DNA of 64,000 bases from Kondoa subrosea. Lineage: Eukaryota. Positions 26,939 through 38,826 of the stretch are shown here, in pieces. The notes beneath the pieces were generated by a model. That model did not search any database. It was not told where the DNA came from and saw only the letters and a list, made by a program, of their open reading frames with translations. The position numbers were made by a program, and so were the translations under genes. Where the stretch lies: positions 2,179,060 to 2,243,059 of the forward strand of contig BCIN01000003.1 in assembly GCA_039545335.1 (NCBI GenBank), read 5' to 3'. How positions within the stretch are numbered: the first letter of the stretch is position 1; the number at the start of each line of letters is the position of its first letter.

Positions 26939-28438
26939 TTACGAATGTACTGATCTCGACTTATGCACCGCTTCATGAATTGGATCTTCGCAGTATGGTG
27001 AATCTTTTCGCTCGGAAGGTGTCCAGTCGGATCCTTTTGCGCTCCCTTTTTCATCCCATCTGCCCTTTTCGACATCGACTGATCGTTCTGAAGACGCTAT
27101 AGATGCCGTTTTCCTAACAGGCTCCGCAGGTGCTTGAGTACTGAGATCTCTTGTGCCCCATCCGGTCTAGGAAGTTTCAGAACAGGTGCATCGTAATCAA
27201 TAAAGAAAACTTACCTCATGCAAAGTGAACAAAGCATACACCTTCATCACTGCAAAATAATAACCAAACAAGAGCCAAACGGGCACGTAGATAATATCTT
27301 GAGGTCTTTTGATAAGATGTGGAACGAGTTTAGCTGTTCGAGTGAGGAGGAGCCAGACGAGGTAAGATCCAAGAATGTTGCCAGCCGAGAGATGATAGGC
27401 TGTCGGATCAGATGCGTAGCGTTTGCTTCTTGTACAAAGGTAGATGACAAGACAAGGCCCTATAAGAAGAGTGATTGGGTTGAGGAATTTGTCAATCATT
27501 GTATAAGTTGTATAAGGGTGTCGAGCCCAAAGGTGTCGTTCCTTAAAAATGCTTCTGATATCACTTCTCCAAGTATTCCTTGTCCAGCGAAGCACTTGCT
27601 TGAGAAATTGCCAATTAGGTTTCATTGTACTTTGTAAACATGCTTCTTTACAAACTTGCACAGTAGTGTTCCAGCCATGTGATACCATCCATCGAGTTAG
27701 GAACTTATCGTCGCCAGAATTGAGGTGATATTTGCCGCGCCAATAGTCGTGTATAAATCCATCTATGAACGCTGGATCTTTGAGGATGATTGTGCGGTAA
27801 GCTGCTGTTCTGCCACTGAGGCAAGGGATACCGCCATCTATGTGAGTTGAAGCTGAGATTTCGATGTTGCGAACAGAGAGACGAAATGCAGCCAACACTT
27901 CCCAAACCGTCATCTTTTCCCCGACAGCTTTGACTACCTGGGAAGTGCCTACTCCGCCCATTGCCTGATCTTCAAAGCAAGCCAACACGCATGGAAGGAG
28001 AGTAGCTGGCCAGAGAGCATCGTCATCAGCGAAAACAATGATATCTGTATTGGTGTTCTTGATGCCTTCGACCATTTGAACCCGCTTGTTGGGTGTGGGA
28101 ACAGACAACACCCTTATCCTACCTCCTCCTGGCCCATCGACTTGTTCAGCTAGACGTTCCAGCGCGTGATGCATTTCGGTTGAAGTGACAATGATGATTT
28201 CCTTTGGATTACCCGCCAGCCAGGTTTTTGCAGCATGAGAGAAGTTGTCGTCGGCATCAATGGTCGGTACAATGATTGTGACATCATCTTGAGCTAGATA
28301 AGTCGGTTTTTCTGGAATTGGAATAGGTCGATATGCTGCTGCTGCTGCCAATCTGAGGAAGAAGAAGATATAACGGTATGCGCCAACGATGCCAAGAGGA
28401 ATGAAGAAGGGCAAGTTGTCCGAAGTAAGGTATAGCAT
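26939..28438 (-). CDS. Processive family-2 glycosyltransferase (Cps1-like polysaccharide synthase)
   Basis: IIVPTID, VFADDD, CLSGRTAAYRT, SGDDKFLTRW, QVLRWTRN (QxxRW), TM helices and TGWGTR after a single intron (27167-27214). Confidence 0.9.
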
Positions 28439-28594
28439 AGTGTGAGCAAGTACAAAGGTGAAGATTTTGTTATTCAATGTATTCAATGGTCATGGTAGTC
28501 AGAATGAAAATTGTTGAATCAACTTCTCTCTTCTGTTTCAGCAGATGGTATTGGAGAAGATGGATAGTAGGAATGTCTTGCTGTAGCTGTGAAA

Positions 28595-29445
28595 TTAGGC
28601 TGTAAGTGCCGCTGCAAGAGTGATGGTATCCTCGATTTCCGAAGCTTTTATCCAGACTCTGTAAAAAGAGAATCAAGCTTGCGAATTTCGCACGCACTGA
28701 GACACTTACCTGCCATTCACACCAACAGCTATCTCGAAAGGAAACTTTGCGCCTAGATCTGGGAGAAGACCAGAGTCGCTGGAAAGCAACCTGCGAAAGA
28801 CTATTAGTGATGATTGGATCAGAGAGATGTTGCCATACTCTCGACATCGTGAAAGCTCTAGATGCTTCAATACCATACCACCGGTCAATTCGCCCATTCC
28901 TTGAGCTTTCTGCGTCGATTGATCCACGCATTCGATTTCCGGTTCAGCAAAGGAGAAAGCCTGCGAAACCCTGGCGTAGACCACAGCTCCGATCTGAAGA
29001 TATTCGATGAGTGCAATTCATGTCATCAGGACTCAACGAACCTTAAGATTTGGCTTGGAACGCTTAGTAGCACCTTCAAAGGCTAAAGCATCCAACGCAG
29101 CATACTGCGAGGACCCGATATCGACTCGATAGCCTTCAGCATGCCTTGCAGTTATGATGCCAACCACTAGCTCTCCGACAGCAGGGGCATACTGTCATGA
29201 TATATTTCAGCCTGTAGAATCTTGGTCTTGTACCTTGAACGAACTCTGCGACTGTGTCCTTCAATCCAGTAGCCTTTGACAGGTCCATGCTTCGTTCTGG
29301 ATTCCTGCAAACCCAATAGGCCAGCTTTCGAAGCGCTTGCACTGATTTTTCCATTGCTTTGATTTGATGCAATACCAGGCCCCAATTTCAGGGAAACGAC
29401 CTGATCGACGCTCACAGAGTCGCCGGGAAGTACGAAGGACGCCAT
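28595..29445 (-). CDS. RRP40: Exosome complex subunit Rrp40
   Basis: VLPGD, LKLGPG, YRVDIG, LAFEGATKRSKPNL, VYARV, EPEIEC, FEIAVGVNGRVWI. Confidence 0.93.
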
Positions 29446-29882
29446 TTTGCGTGTCTTGATCTATTGGCTGTTTTCAATTGAAAGGCTCTATCTCGTTTGC
29501 TCGAAGTCGCTCTTCCGTCGCATCGTGTTCCCTCCTTGCTTATCTGCGCTCTCTTCTCTCACTCTCTCACTCCGTCCTTTACTGTCTGTTAATGCTTCCA
29601 GGCTATGCCTCGAGTGAATCTTCTGGCAAAGCGCAAAGCGAACTTTAATAGACAAACAGCGATTGCTTTAAGTCGTAGCTGCATTATCCTGCCTGGAGTT
29701 ATATCGTAGGCAGGCTCTTCAGCGCAATCATGAGGCAATGCAAGCATCGCCAATCTCTCGACAAAACCCTGCTTTTCATTCTCTCTTCCTTCTCTCCTCT
29801 TCATTTAACTTCTTCATATCTGCTGGTCAGACTCTTCGCTCTTTGCTTATAACTTATCGATCACTTCTCTTTCTTCAGTATC

Positions 29883-30991
29883 ATGTTCATTCCAGTTTCT
29901 CGCTCTGCCAACTCTAACTCCATCGAAACCGTTAAATCTCCTGCTGTTCTAGAACCCAAGCAGGCTTCGTTCGACGATATTCTCTGTCCTGGAAATCCTT
30001 TGAAGCGCGAGATTAGTATGGCTTATCACAATGGATCTGACTTGAGTTCGAGCGGAGGCGAGGTAAGTCTGTCTAACAGCTAGATTGCTCGATCTTAAGC
30101 TTCTCGTAGACTTCACAAGCTCAAGCAGAATACTCTGACGTCCCTCTTGAATACATCAAGCCTGCTTTGCTCAAGAACAAGACCGTTCACAGCCATGACA
30201 TAAAGACTAAATCAGCGTTGATGCATAAGGTTGGTCCTTCTTCTATTCCAGCGGACAAGCTACTGATTGTACTATAGATCAAAGACGGCCTTCGCGAAAT
30301 CAAGCTCGAAACTGCGGCTGTGTTCAGTGCTCGTCGTCGCCGCTCTTCTGCGTCGTCGTCTCGCTCTGCAACTTCTTCTCGCCGCCCTTCTAAGTCATCT
30401 CTGTCCTCGGAAGCGGATCTTCTCGCTATTGCCAATATTCCCGAGCACGATGTTCCTGAGTCAAGTCGACCACACGAATTGAAGGAAGCGCTTGATATCT
30501 TGGTTCACAAGCCAGCTCATCTTTCTGAACACGAGAAAGCAAGAAGACAAGCTGTCGTTTCCTCTGGTCATCATGCTTCGCTCGATGTCAAGACCGAAGA
30601 GCAAGCGATGCTCGATCTAGCTGCTGTTCCAGAACATGCTGTACCGAAAGAAACGCAAGCACATAATCCTAAAGAAGCTCTCGACTTGTTGCTCAAGCCT
30701 GCCAAGCACCTGACTCCTTTTGAATTAGCTCGAAGAGAAGCTATTTGTTCAGCTGGCCATCACGCTTCTTTGGATGTCAAACAAGAACAGAAAGAGTTGC
30801 TCGAATTATCTCACATTCCTGAACACTCTGTACCCAAGGAAACAACTCATCACGAGCTCAAAGAAGCCTTCGACATTCTGGTNGCNAGCTCTCCTCTTTT
30901 GAGCGGTGTGGCATTCGCTAAAGAGCAAGCGATCTTCACTGCTGGTCATCACCGACCTGAAGATGCAAAGTTGCTGTTCGGAAAAGCTTGA
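29883..30991 (+). CDS. His-rich triple-repeat protein of unknown function, copy 2 (337 aa)
   Basis: Exons 29883-30062, 30110-30229 and 30278-30991 splice in frame. Two N bases at 30883 and 30886. Confidence 0.85.
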
Positions 30992-31104
30992 GTCGAGATT
31001 GAAGAGTTCAGATCATCTATATGCATGCAATGTTGTTCCTTTTCCTCTTACTACTCTCTGCCCTCTACTCATTCCATTGCTACAATATTTTCATGATGCT
31101 GCGG

Positions 31105-31441
31105 TCACTTTTGATCCTTCTGTCCCTCTTCCATAACGCCCATAACTTTGTCTTCGCCAACAGATGAGACTTTGTGAGTGTCGTCGTTTCTGCACGGTGA
31201 CCATGAGTTACCACTTTAAACTCTCGCACGAGTAGTGAGAACTCACTTGACTTTGACTTTGTGAGCCTCTTCATCTACATCAACCACAACTCCATGCGAG
31301 ACATTGTTTGCTACAGCCTGTGTCAAGTGTCAAGTAAGCTGAATGCGACCACGGAAAGAAGAGTTGACCTACGTGATACTTGACATGATCTCCTTTGTGA
31401 AGCTCGAAGCTTGAATCAGGTGAAGAATCGTTGTGTGACAT
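31105..31441 (-). CDS. Small HVA1/DUF2945 Tudor-like protein, copy 2
   Basis: Same three-exon structure as 21399-21735 with few substitutions (for example HVKYH for HVEYH). Confidence 0.75.
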
Positions 31442-31555
31442 GATTTGCTCTTTGCGAATGAGTTTGAGTGAGATGGATGGTAGTGGAAGAGAAAGAAAGA
31501 GAGATTCGGTGACACACAGAGAGCCACACCAGAGAAGGGCTTGAGCTTTTTCTTT

Positions 31556-31575
31556 AGATTGCCTCGAGGCAATCT
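31556..31575. promoter_or_regulatory. Perfect 20-bp palindrome (right-arm copy)
   Basis: AGATTGCCTCGAGGCAATCT, identical to 21265-21284. Confidence 0.55.
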
Positions 31576-31673
31576 TCTGGAGACTTGATATTCGCGTTCA
31601 ACAAAACGCGTCATACTCCTCCAGCTGGCTGCTATACTCACACTATTTGTACAGTCCTAATATCACATCTGTT

Positions 31674-31730
31674 TAATTCAAAGCAGTAGCTGCTTCTTCG
31701 CGCGTTTCTGAGCAGTACCTTTGCGTTTGC
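31674..31730 (-). pseudogene. Decayed fragment of the RAD10 3' coding end
   Basis: Reverse complement GCAAACGCAAAGGTACTGCTCAGAAACGCGCGAAGAAGCAGCTACTGCTTTGAATT matches 21110-21166 with substitutions and a 1-nt gap. Confidence 0.8.
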
Positions 31731-31898
31731 GAGAGAATTAAAAAAAAAGAGGAGAAATGAAGAGGACGAAGGCATAACAAGCAACAAACAGAACGAAAGG
31801 GTAATCTGGATCAAACTGAAAGTCACAAAGAAGGAAAAGAAATGCATGTGACTAATACAGATTCTGGAGATCCAAGTCCCTTGTAAGGCCGCATGTCT

Positions 31899-33495
31899 TT
31901 ATTCTGCAGGAAACAGATTGCCTTTTAGCATATCTATTCAGATTCAAAAGATACATGCATACCTTCCATATCATCGAAACCATGCTCAATCTTGTAAAGA
32001 GCGCGATCAGGGCAGCACATTGAAGTTAAAAAAATAGCGCACAAGGTAATTAGCAGCGAGTTCTTCATTGCGATCACATGCGAGGAAAGCCTATTAATTG
32101 ACGTTCAGCAACAACGCCGCTACATCTATACGAGCAGTCTGACCTGAATACATAATTGCCTGTTCGTAGAAAGAATGAAGATAAGATCAAGGCCCAACTG
32201 TTTTCTCGCCACGAACCTATCGAATCCCATAGCTTCTAATCTCTGGATCGCAGCTCCTTCCTCTTCAGTAACTTGTATCGCATTGGGGGGCATTCCACCT
32301 TCGCCTCCCATTTGACCCATAAGGTCTTCCATGGCATCATCTCCACCAGCTTCACCACCAGCCATAGCAGCTTCTAAATCTTGTCCTTGCAGCAATCTTG
32401 CGAAAATTCCAGGGTTGGCATTGATCAAAGCCAAAAGTTGAGGATTGGCTTGACCTAATTGAGCTAAGAAAGCAGGTAACAAAGTTGGATTTTGCTGAAC
32501 CATTTGTCGTAAAGAGTTGAAAGCTGGGTTTGAAGCCAAAGCGGAGATTTCACTCATCATAGCTGGAGTCATTTCGGCTCCTCCTTGGGCTCCTGCTGCA
32601 TTTGCAGTTGGAGTAGCTGCTGGTTGTCGCGCAGCTGCATCAAAAAGATTGCCTGGTCGAGCAGGTGCAGCGGGTGTGTTAGGTGCAGCATTGGCTGAAG
32701 GGGTAGCTGGAACACCGCCTGAAGGGTTTGAAGCAGGTGGATTTGGTGCATTAGCGGCTTGCATAAGATGTGCAGGGATACCCTGTCGTTCCATCGCATT
32801 TGAAATCAGATTAAGCTGAGTTCTTTCACACCATAACTGACATTCATCAAATATTCGACAGCTCGATCTGGATTGTTGAAACTTGCTCTCAGCGCACGAG
32901 TAACCTGCTCGCGAGGGAAACCCATGGAGAGCATTTCGTTCATTGCAGTCTCGAGCTGACTTCCAGTCGCGAAGCTGGAAGCACCATCTGCCAAACTTGT
33001 GGTAGAAGCTGGTTGAGCTGGAGCTTCTGATGTAGGTACTTGTACAGATTCAGAGGATGCAGATGCGGACACAGCAGGTGTTATGTTAGCTGAAGAGGCA
33101 GGCTGACTTGTAGCTGGCGCAGAAGTGCTACTAGTAGCAGCAGCAGAAGCAGGAGCAGGCGCAGCTTTAGGCTATCGGATTGTGAGATCACTGATACACT
33201 TGCAGATTGAGCAGACTAACCTTTGAGACCATTACAACTAAGAAATCCTTCTCCTTGAAGTTCAAGCTCGCAATCGTTCGTGCATCGTCCAACACTTTGC
33301 CTATTCAAGTGGAAGCCTGTGAGTACTGGGCCGCAGTCAAGCTGTACACGTACCTGAATAGATCAACTTCTGATTCTCGACTGGAAACGACTTTGCCTCG
33401 AGAATCTTGCTTTTGAGCTGTGCAACAGTTTCCTCGTCGGCACATTCTAGCGCGAAGGTGCCCTGCGATAGAGTCTTGAGCGTGATCTTGACCAT
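31899..33495 (-). CDS. RAD23: UV excision repair protein Rad23 (UBL-UBA-XPC-binding-UBA)
   Basis: MVKITLKTL...[62 protein letters not shown]. Confidence 0.96.
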
Positions 33496-33733
33496 TCGGT
33501 GTTCGTAGTTTTTTATGAAGAAACGCTGACGACGATTTTTGTAGAGCCTTGTTACATTGATCTGCCACTCACATTTGGGCTACAGAGTCGCTTGTGCTGG
33601 TGTCTTCACTGCTCTTTAGCCGAGACCTCGCGTGTTCCGTTCGGCCTGGTGTATTACTCATCTCTATTTCTAAGCTCGCGAATCTATTTCTCTTACACCT
33701 CTTCTTCTCTCACTCGGCGTGTTATTGTGTGAC

Positions 33734-34867
33734 ATGACGGCAAGAAAAGTTGTTGTAGCGACCGGCTTCACTTCTGGCATTGTTCGTGCTACGCTCTCGC
33801 TTGACAGCCCAATGCATGCTCAAGCCTGACTTGTAGGGTTTCGAAGCCGTCAAACATCTATTAGCCCAGTCTCAACCATACCGTTTCATCCTCGGCTGCC
33901 GTGATCCAGCGAGCGTAAAGCGGACGTATGAAGGTGTCGATTATGACAAAGAAGCCAATTCGTTCACCTATCTGCCTTTGGAGCTGTCCGATCTCAAAGG
34001 CGTGAGAACTTTCGCTCAAGAAACCCTTAAGGAGACAGACAAGATCGATTACCTGTACTTGAATGCCGGTTTGAATAAATCAGCAAATGAGGATGGGATC
34101 AACGGTTCGAAGTGGAACGAGAGCTACCTTGTCAATCATCTGTGTGAGCTACCTGACCTTTATACCAATTCTGCAGCTTGATACTGCTTGTAGCTCAACA
34201 CTACCTCATACATCTGTTGAAAGAGAAGCTTATTTCGTCCAAAACTCGAATTACAATTGTCTCTTCTGGAGCTATTCGCATGGTCGAAGACGTCGACTCG
34301 CTCGAAATGATCCTCAAAGCGCACTCGAACGCTGAATTGATGCAAATCTACCCTGCTTCTAAATTCGTTCATTTGCTGGCTGCTCATTGGTGGAGACGGC
34401 AACTGCCTGAATGTACCGTTTTAGCTGTATCACCTGGCCTAGTTCCTGGCACTGGTCTGGTGAGCTGTCACTTAGGTATCACTGATCCTGACTTACGTAT
34501 CTAACGACAGGGTCGTCACACCGGCATGAGTATTCCAGATAATTTGCCAGATGCTAAATCAGTCAGCGAAGGTGCGCTTTCCGTTTCGATGCATTCACAA
34601 GCTGAGATCGCGATCAGGTGGTATGAGCGTCATAAAGGCAGCTTTCGTTGAAGAAAAGGATATTCCTCAAGACAAAGACAGAATCTTCTTCACCTCCTGG
34701 GGTGAATTGTAAGTGAAAGGGCTTCATTACTTTCTGCAGTAGGTGATTATGTATCTTTTCTTAGCTGGCCTCGCGAAAACATCGAAAAGACTTGTGACAT
34801 AGAATTGCAAGACAAATGGTGTCCTTCTTTGGAGCAGATCGAGCAGGATGAGAAGCTCAATGTATAA
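33734..34867 (+). CDS. Short-chain dehydrogenase/reductase
   Basis: VVATGFTSGIG Rossmann motif, LYLNAG, YPASK (YxxxK), AVSPGLVPGT. Confidence 0.88.
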
Positions 34868-34948
34868 TTTACATTTCGCCTGTAATGCTGAAATAATCGG
34901 CGAATCGTATACAAAGATCTTAGATACTATCTGCAAGTCCGGTAACGC

Positions 34949-37900
34949 TCAGCTTGGACCCGAAACATCCACTACTTTGTCTGTAACAGCACCTGGGTTG
35001 GCAATAGGTTCTGGCCGTTTATCAGACTCAACAGGAGTGTCATTTATGATATTTTGAGGCGTGCCGTCGTCTCTGTCACTTGTCGAAGCTACAGAGTGAG
35101 GTCGAGATTTGGAATTGGACGACAGGAAGTGTCGTAATTGAGCAAATTCATCCTTCTTGCCTAAGTAAAGTGTGTCGCCTTCAATCGGCAAAAATCCTGT
35201 TCGTATTCATCAGCATTGCAATTGGAATAGTTCAGGGGACCTTCGTGACCTTCGAGAGCGGTTGTGCTTCTCTTCAGTATTTCAGAATGTAGCATATGCC
35301 TTGAAAAGGCAGCTACGACTTCGGGAAGCGGAATGTGATTCGTCAATAATCTTGTGTTTATACGTTAGCCAAGCATCACAGACAGCTCAGTAGGTAGTAC
35401 CTCCTTGGCTGCACTGATAGGGCATGCTTTGCATCGAGAGAAACATCCAAACAGCTTGCGTGAGCACCTTCGCTCAAGAAAATGCGAACAGAGTATTCTT
35501 GCTTGTCCTCGTTCGTGACGCGCTCGTACACTTCGAAGCTCAGGTATGCCTGCATGTATGTTAGACTCTGTAAATATCCGGCTTGTGCAAGAACAGAATT
35601 CACCATATAATCCAATTCGGGGATGCGAGGCATCACAATTTTGAGGTCCGAGAACAGTACCAAGTTAACAAGTGTTTGACTATGGGATAGGTGAGCAGTA
35701 CTCAAAAGCAACAAGGGATCATCCTGACATGTGCGACTCTTTGGTGAAGTAAACGTTCATGGCACCTTCAGTCTTTGTTGCGTCCTTCAGATCGTCGACT
35801 ATCTTCGACAGTAGAGGTAATGAAGTCAGGCGACCTATGTCGATTTTCTCGTATCGCTCTATGCCGTATTCTTGCGGTGCAACTCCAAAACTTTTCTCAG
35901 CGCAAACACAAAGCACATTCGACCCACATACTATAGTCAAAGAGTTCCTTTGCACGTCGATACAATTCTTTGAGCTTCTTTGGCGTTTGACTCGAACAAT
36001 CATTTGGACCCGAAGAACCAGCGCTGGATGAGCTTGGAACGGGCTTCTCCTTGTCGCCTTGCTCTCGAAAGATTGTTTCCAAGAAAACTCGACTATAGAC
36101 CATATAAGTACTAGTTCGCAAAAGGCAATCGAAGAACTTACTTGTGCAAAGCATCATATTTTAAAGAATCGTATAACTCGCTGACCTGCAAGTGTTCCAT
36201 CCGATGAGACCGAACAGCTGAGCGTATCTGGGACTTACCCGCGACGGATCAAATTTCTCCGGTTCCGTATCGCAGAAGTCGTCGAAAAGCTTCTCCCATC
36301 TTTCGCGAAATAGGTATGGATACTCGCCGCAACACCTTAATTAAGTCATTCAGCACGTATACTAGGGAGATATAGATGCCACTGCACTAACCATCGTGCC
36401 TGGATGTTCTCGACATCTAATGTTTGCCAATTAGTGGCCATCAATTGCCGGTGGTAGCGCATCAAGTTCATTGTTTCCGCTACAACCTATAAGCAATATC
36501 ATCAGGCAATACGTACGTATAGCAGATGAACATACAGTCATAGGCTCTTCTGTTGGTACTGGCCAAGCGAATTCCGGTCGTTTGTATTCTCCGGGTCGGA
36601 AAAGCCATTTCAAACGCTTCTTCACGAGATCCATCTGCTGTCTCATGAGATAGAGTATGGTAGACATCCGGAAAGCACATACAGGCTCTTTTGCTGCATT
36701 GGAATCATCGAGCAGATCCTTGCGGATCATCAACGGATGCTGTACTGGTTCTGATTTGCGAGTCGGATCATCCAGTAATGCACTGACAGCCTGTTAGTCA
36801 TCATTGCAGCAATCGAAAAGTCACTTACCCTCCAAAGGTCTCGGCTGTAGCGATGACTCGTCGCCTGAACAACAATTCAACAGCTGCGTGAATTGATAGC
36901 GCCATGACTTACTCCGAGCTACTATATAGTCTGACATTGGAAAGGATGTTCCTGCAGCAGAGTTAAGCGAACGGCGAATACATATCAAGATGAAATTTAC
37001 TGGTTCATGATGTTCAAATCTTTCCGCATGTTCTCGCCAATATCGCGACTTTGATACCGGGCGGCATGTGTATATTCACCTCCCCATTTAACGACAATAT
37101 GAATCTTCTCGCATTCACCCGAAGCAGAGAAAGAAGGCTTAATCTGGGCTTTCGTTCCAGTGAAGACCACTTTCTTGCTCAGAATCTTTTTGAGAGATTC
37201 GAGCTTCTCTTGATCACTTCCTTCTAGTTGCAAGGCCACATTTGCCGCGTCCGAGATATATTGCAACTGATCTGTCTGACGAAGGATGATTTCGTCTTTT
37301 CGGCCTTGCAGGAGATCGATGAAAGGTTGAAATCCAGGTTCACCAGCTTTAAAGTTGAACTTGAGCTTCATCTTTGGCGTTCGATCGGCATGTCGGAAGA
37401 CAATAGACGAGCTATGCAAGCGCCACGACTTGGAGTCTCGCGAGGCAGGTGTACCAGGAGGCTGAGGTGTTTTAGGAATACTGGGCAGTTGAGCGTTGCA
37501 GAACTTGGCCAAAATCTCGGCACATTTTTCGCTTAATACCTAATGAGCAATTTCCAGCGCGCATTGTCGACGCATTGCTCACTAATAGAAATCATTGCCT
37601 TTGACAAAAGACCAGCCATTCACGTCAATGACATATGACTTGCCGTTTGCGCGAAGTACATCGAAACCGCAGATATTCTGTTTGAAGGCTCGAGAAATGT
37701 CGCTAGCCATCTTTCTCTCTTCTGGAGTCAATTCACAAATGAATCTGATCTCTTTGCCATCTGTGTTTCGTCTCACTACACCATCAACCACAGGCGACTT
37801 TCTAGTTTCTGCATGAACGAAGTTTGGACCTAACGTATAGATTTTGATATCTTCCGCGTTCTCGACTGCATCAGGAATCACTTGGTGAGCTCCCTTTATC

Positions 37901-38826
37901 TTGAATGATTAGAATTACTGACCGTCCATAAATTGCTCATACACGTATGAACCATCCATGCGAGGCTCGTTCAAGTCATCATCATGCTCGCTCGACTTGT
38001 TTCCTATCTGTCGAGGCAGTCGCTGAGCTAGTAGCTAGCAGCAATACACACTTGACCAACCTTTCTGAACAGCTTGCGACCTCCTCCTCCACGCCTTTTC
38101 GAGAAATATATGTATACATTATGATCTTCTCCACTGACGGGCTTCTCGACGAATGACTTATCCAGCTGTTTGCCATTGACGATAATGCCATCGTCTCCAT
38201 TGACTTGTACGTCCGGAATTGGTCTTGGTGCATTGATATTGATGCCTAATTCCTTCTTCAGCTGTTCAGCTACCCTTTCGTCTAATTTTGGTCCACCATC
38301 TCGATCTACTTCAACTCTTTTAGGCGTCCGCACTCCAATGGCATCCAGTACCATAGCGACGACCCGACGATCCCAAAAGATCTTTTGCATAGCTAGATCA
38401 TTGATGCAGACTGGTTTTCGAAGAGCAACCTAATCATATAATTGAGCGACAGTATTGTCACGCGGTGATTGTGCCGCACGTAAGCTATAGCTTTATCCAT
38501 AGGGAACCCGCTACTGAAAAAACTGATCAAGAAATCGCATAAAGGCCAGGTTTCGATGTCTACACCCATAAGTCAGTCATTGCTCAAGAATATAAAGGGA
38601 ATACACAAAGAACGAACCCTCGTCAATAATGACTTTGTCCCCAAAAACAATGATATCGAATTTCCCAGTAGCCAGTAATCGACTTAGGATCTGCCTCATG
38701 GGCTTGCTACGAGCTGTGCAGATTGTATAAGCTTGCGACGAGCCATTTGATGGAGGAAACTCATTTCCTGTCCATGGCAGCTACACCCAGCTTGATCAGC
38801 GGCGAACCTGAAGGTGTCGTAGACAT
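34949..38826 (-). CDS. VIP1: Inositol hexakisphosphate / diphosphoinositol pentakisphosphate kinase (ATP-grasp plus histidine-phosphatase-like domain)
   Basis: [62 protein letters not shown]. Confidence 0.96.

Larger units (their letters stand above)
29730..31730. repeat. Right arm of ~2.0 kb inverted repeat (partner 21110-23104)
   Basis: Reverse-complement match to the left arm, including both genes, their introns, the palindrome and a decayed copy of the RAD10 3' end. Confidence 0.97.

Noticed and set aside
27215..28438. GT2 as a horizontal acquisition because of its 1.2 kb uninterrupted exon
   Set aside because: PEX5 and CDT1 have exons of similar length here, composition looks ordinary, and Cps1-like genes are known in fungi.
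21110..31730. Inverted repeats as a transposon or composite mobile element
   Set aside because: No transposase or integrase, no sharp termini or target-site duplication, and the arms consist of ordinary intron-containing genes.
21110..31730. Mating-type locus
   Set aside because: No pheromone precursor with CAAX, STE3 receptor, homeodomain or HMG gene was recognised in the arms or the cassette.
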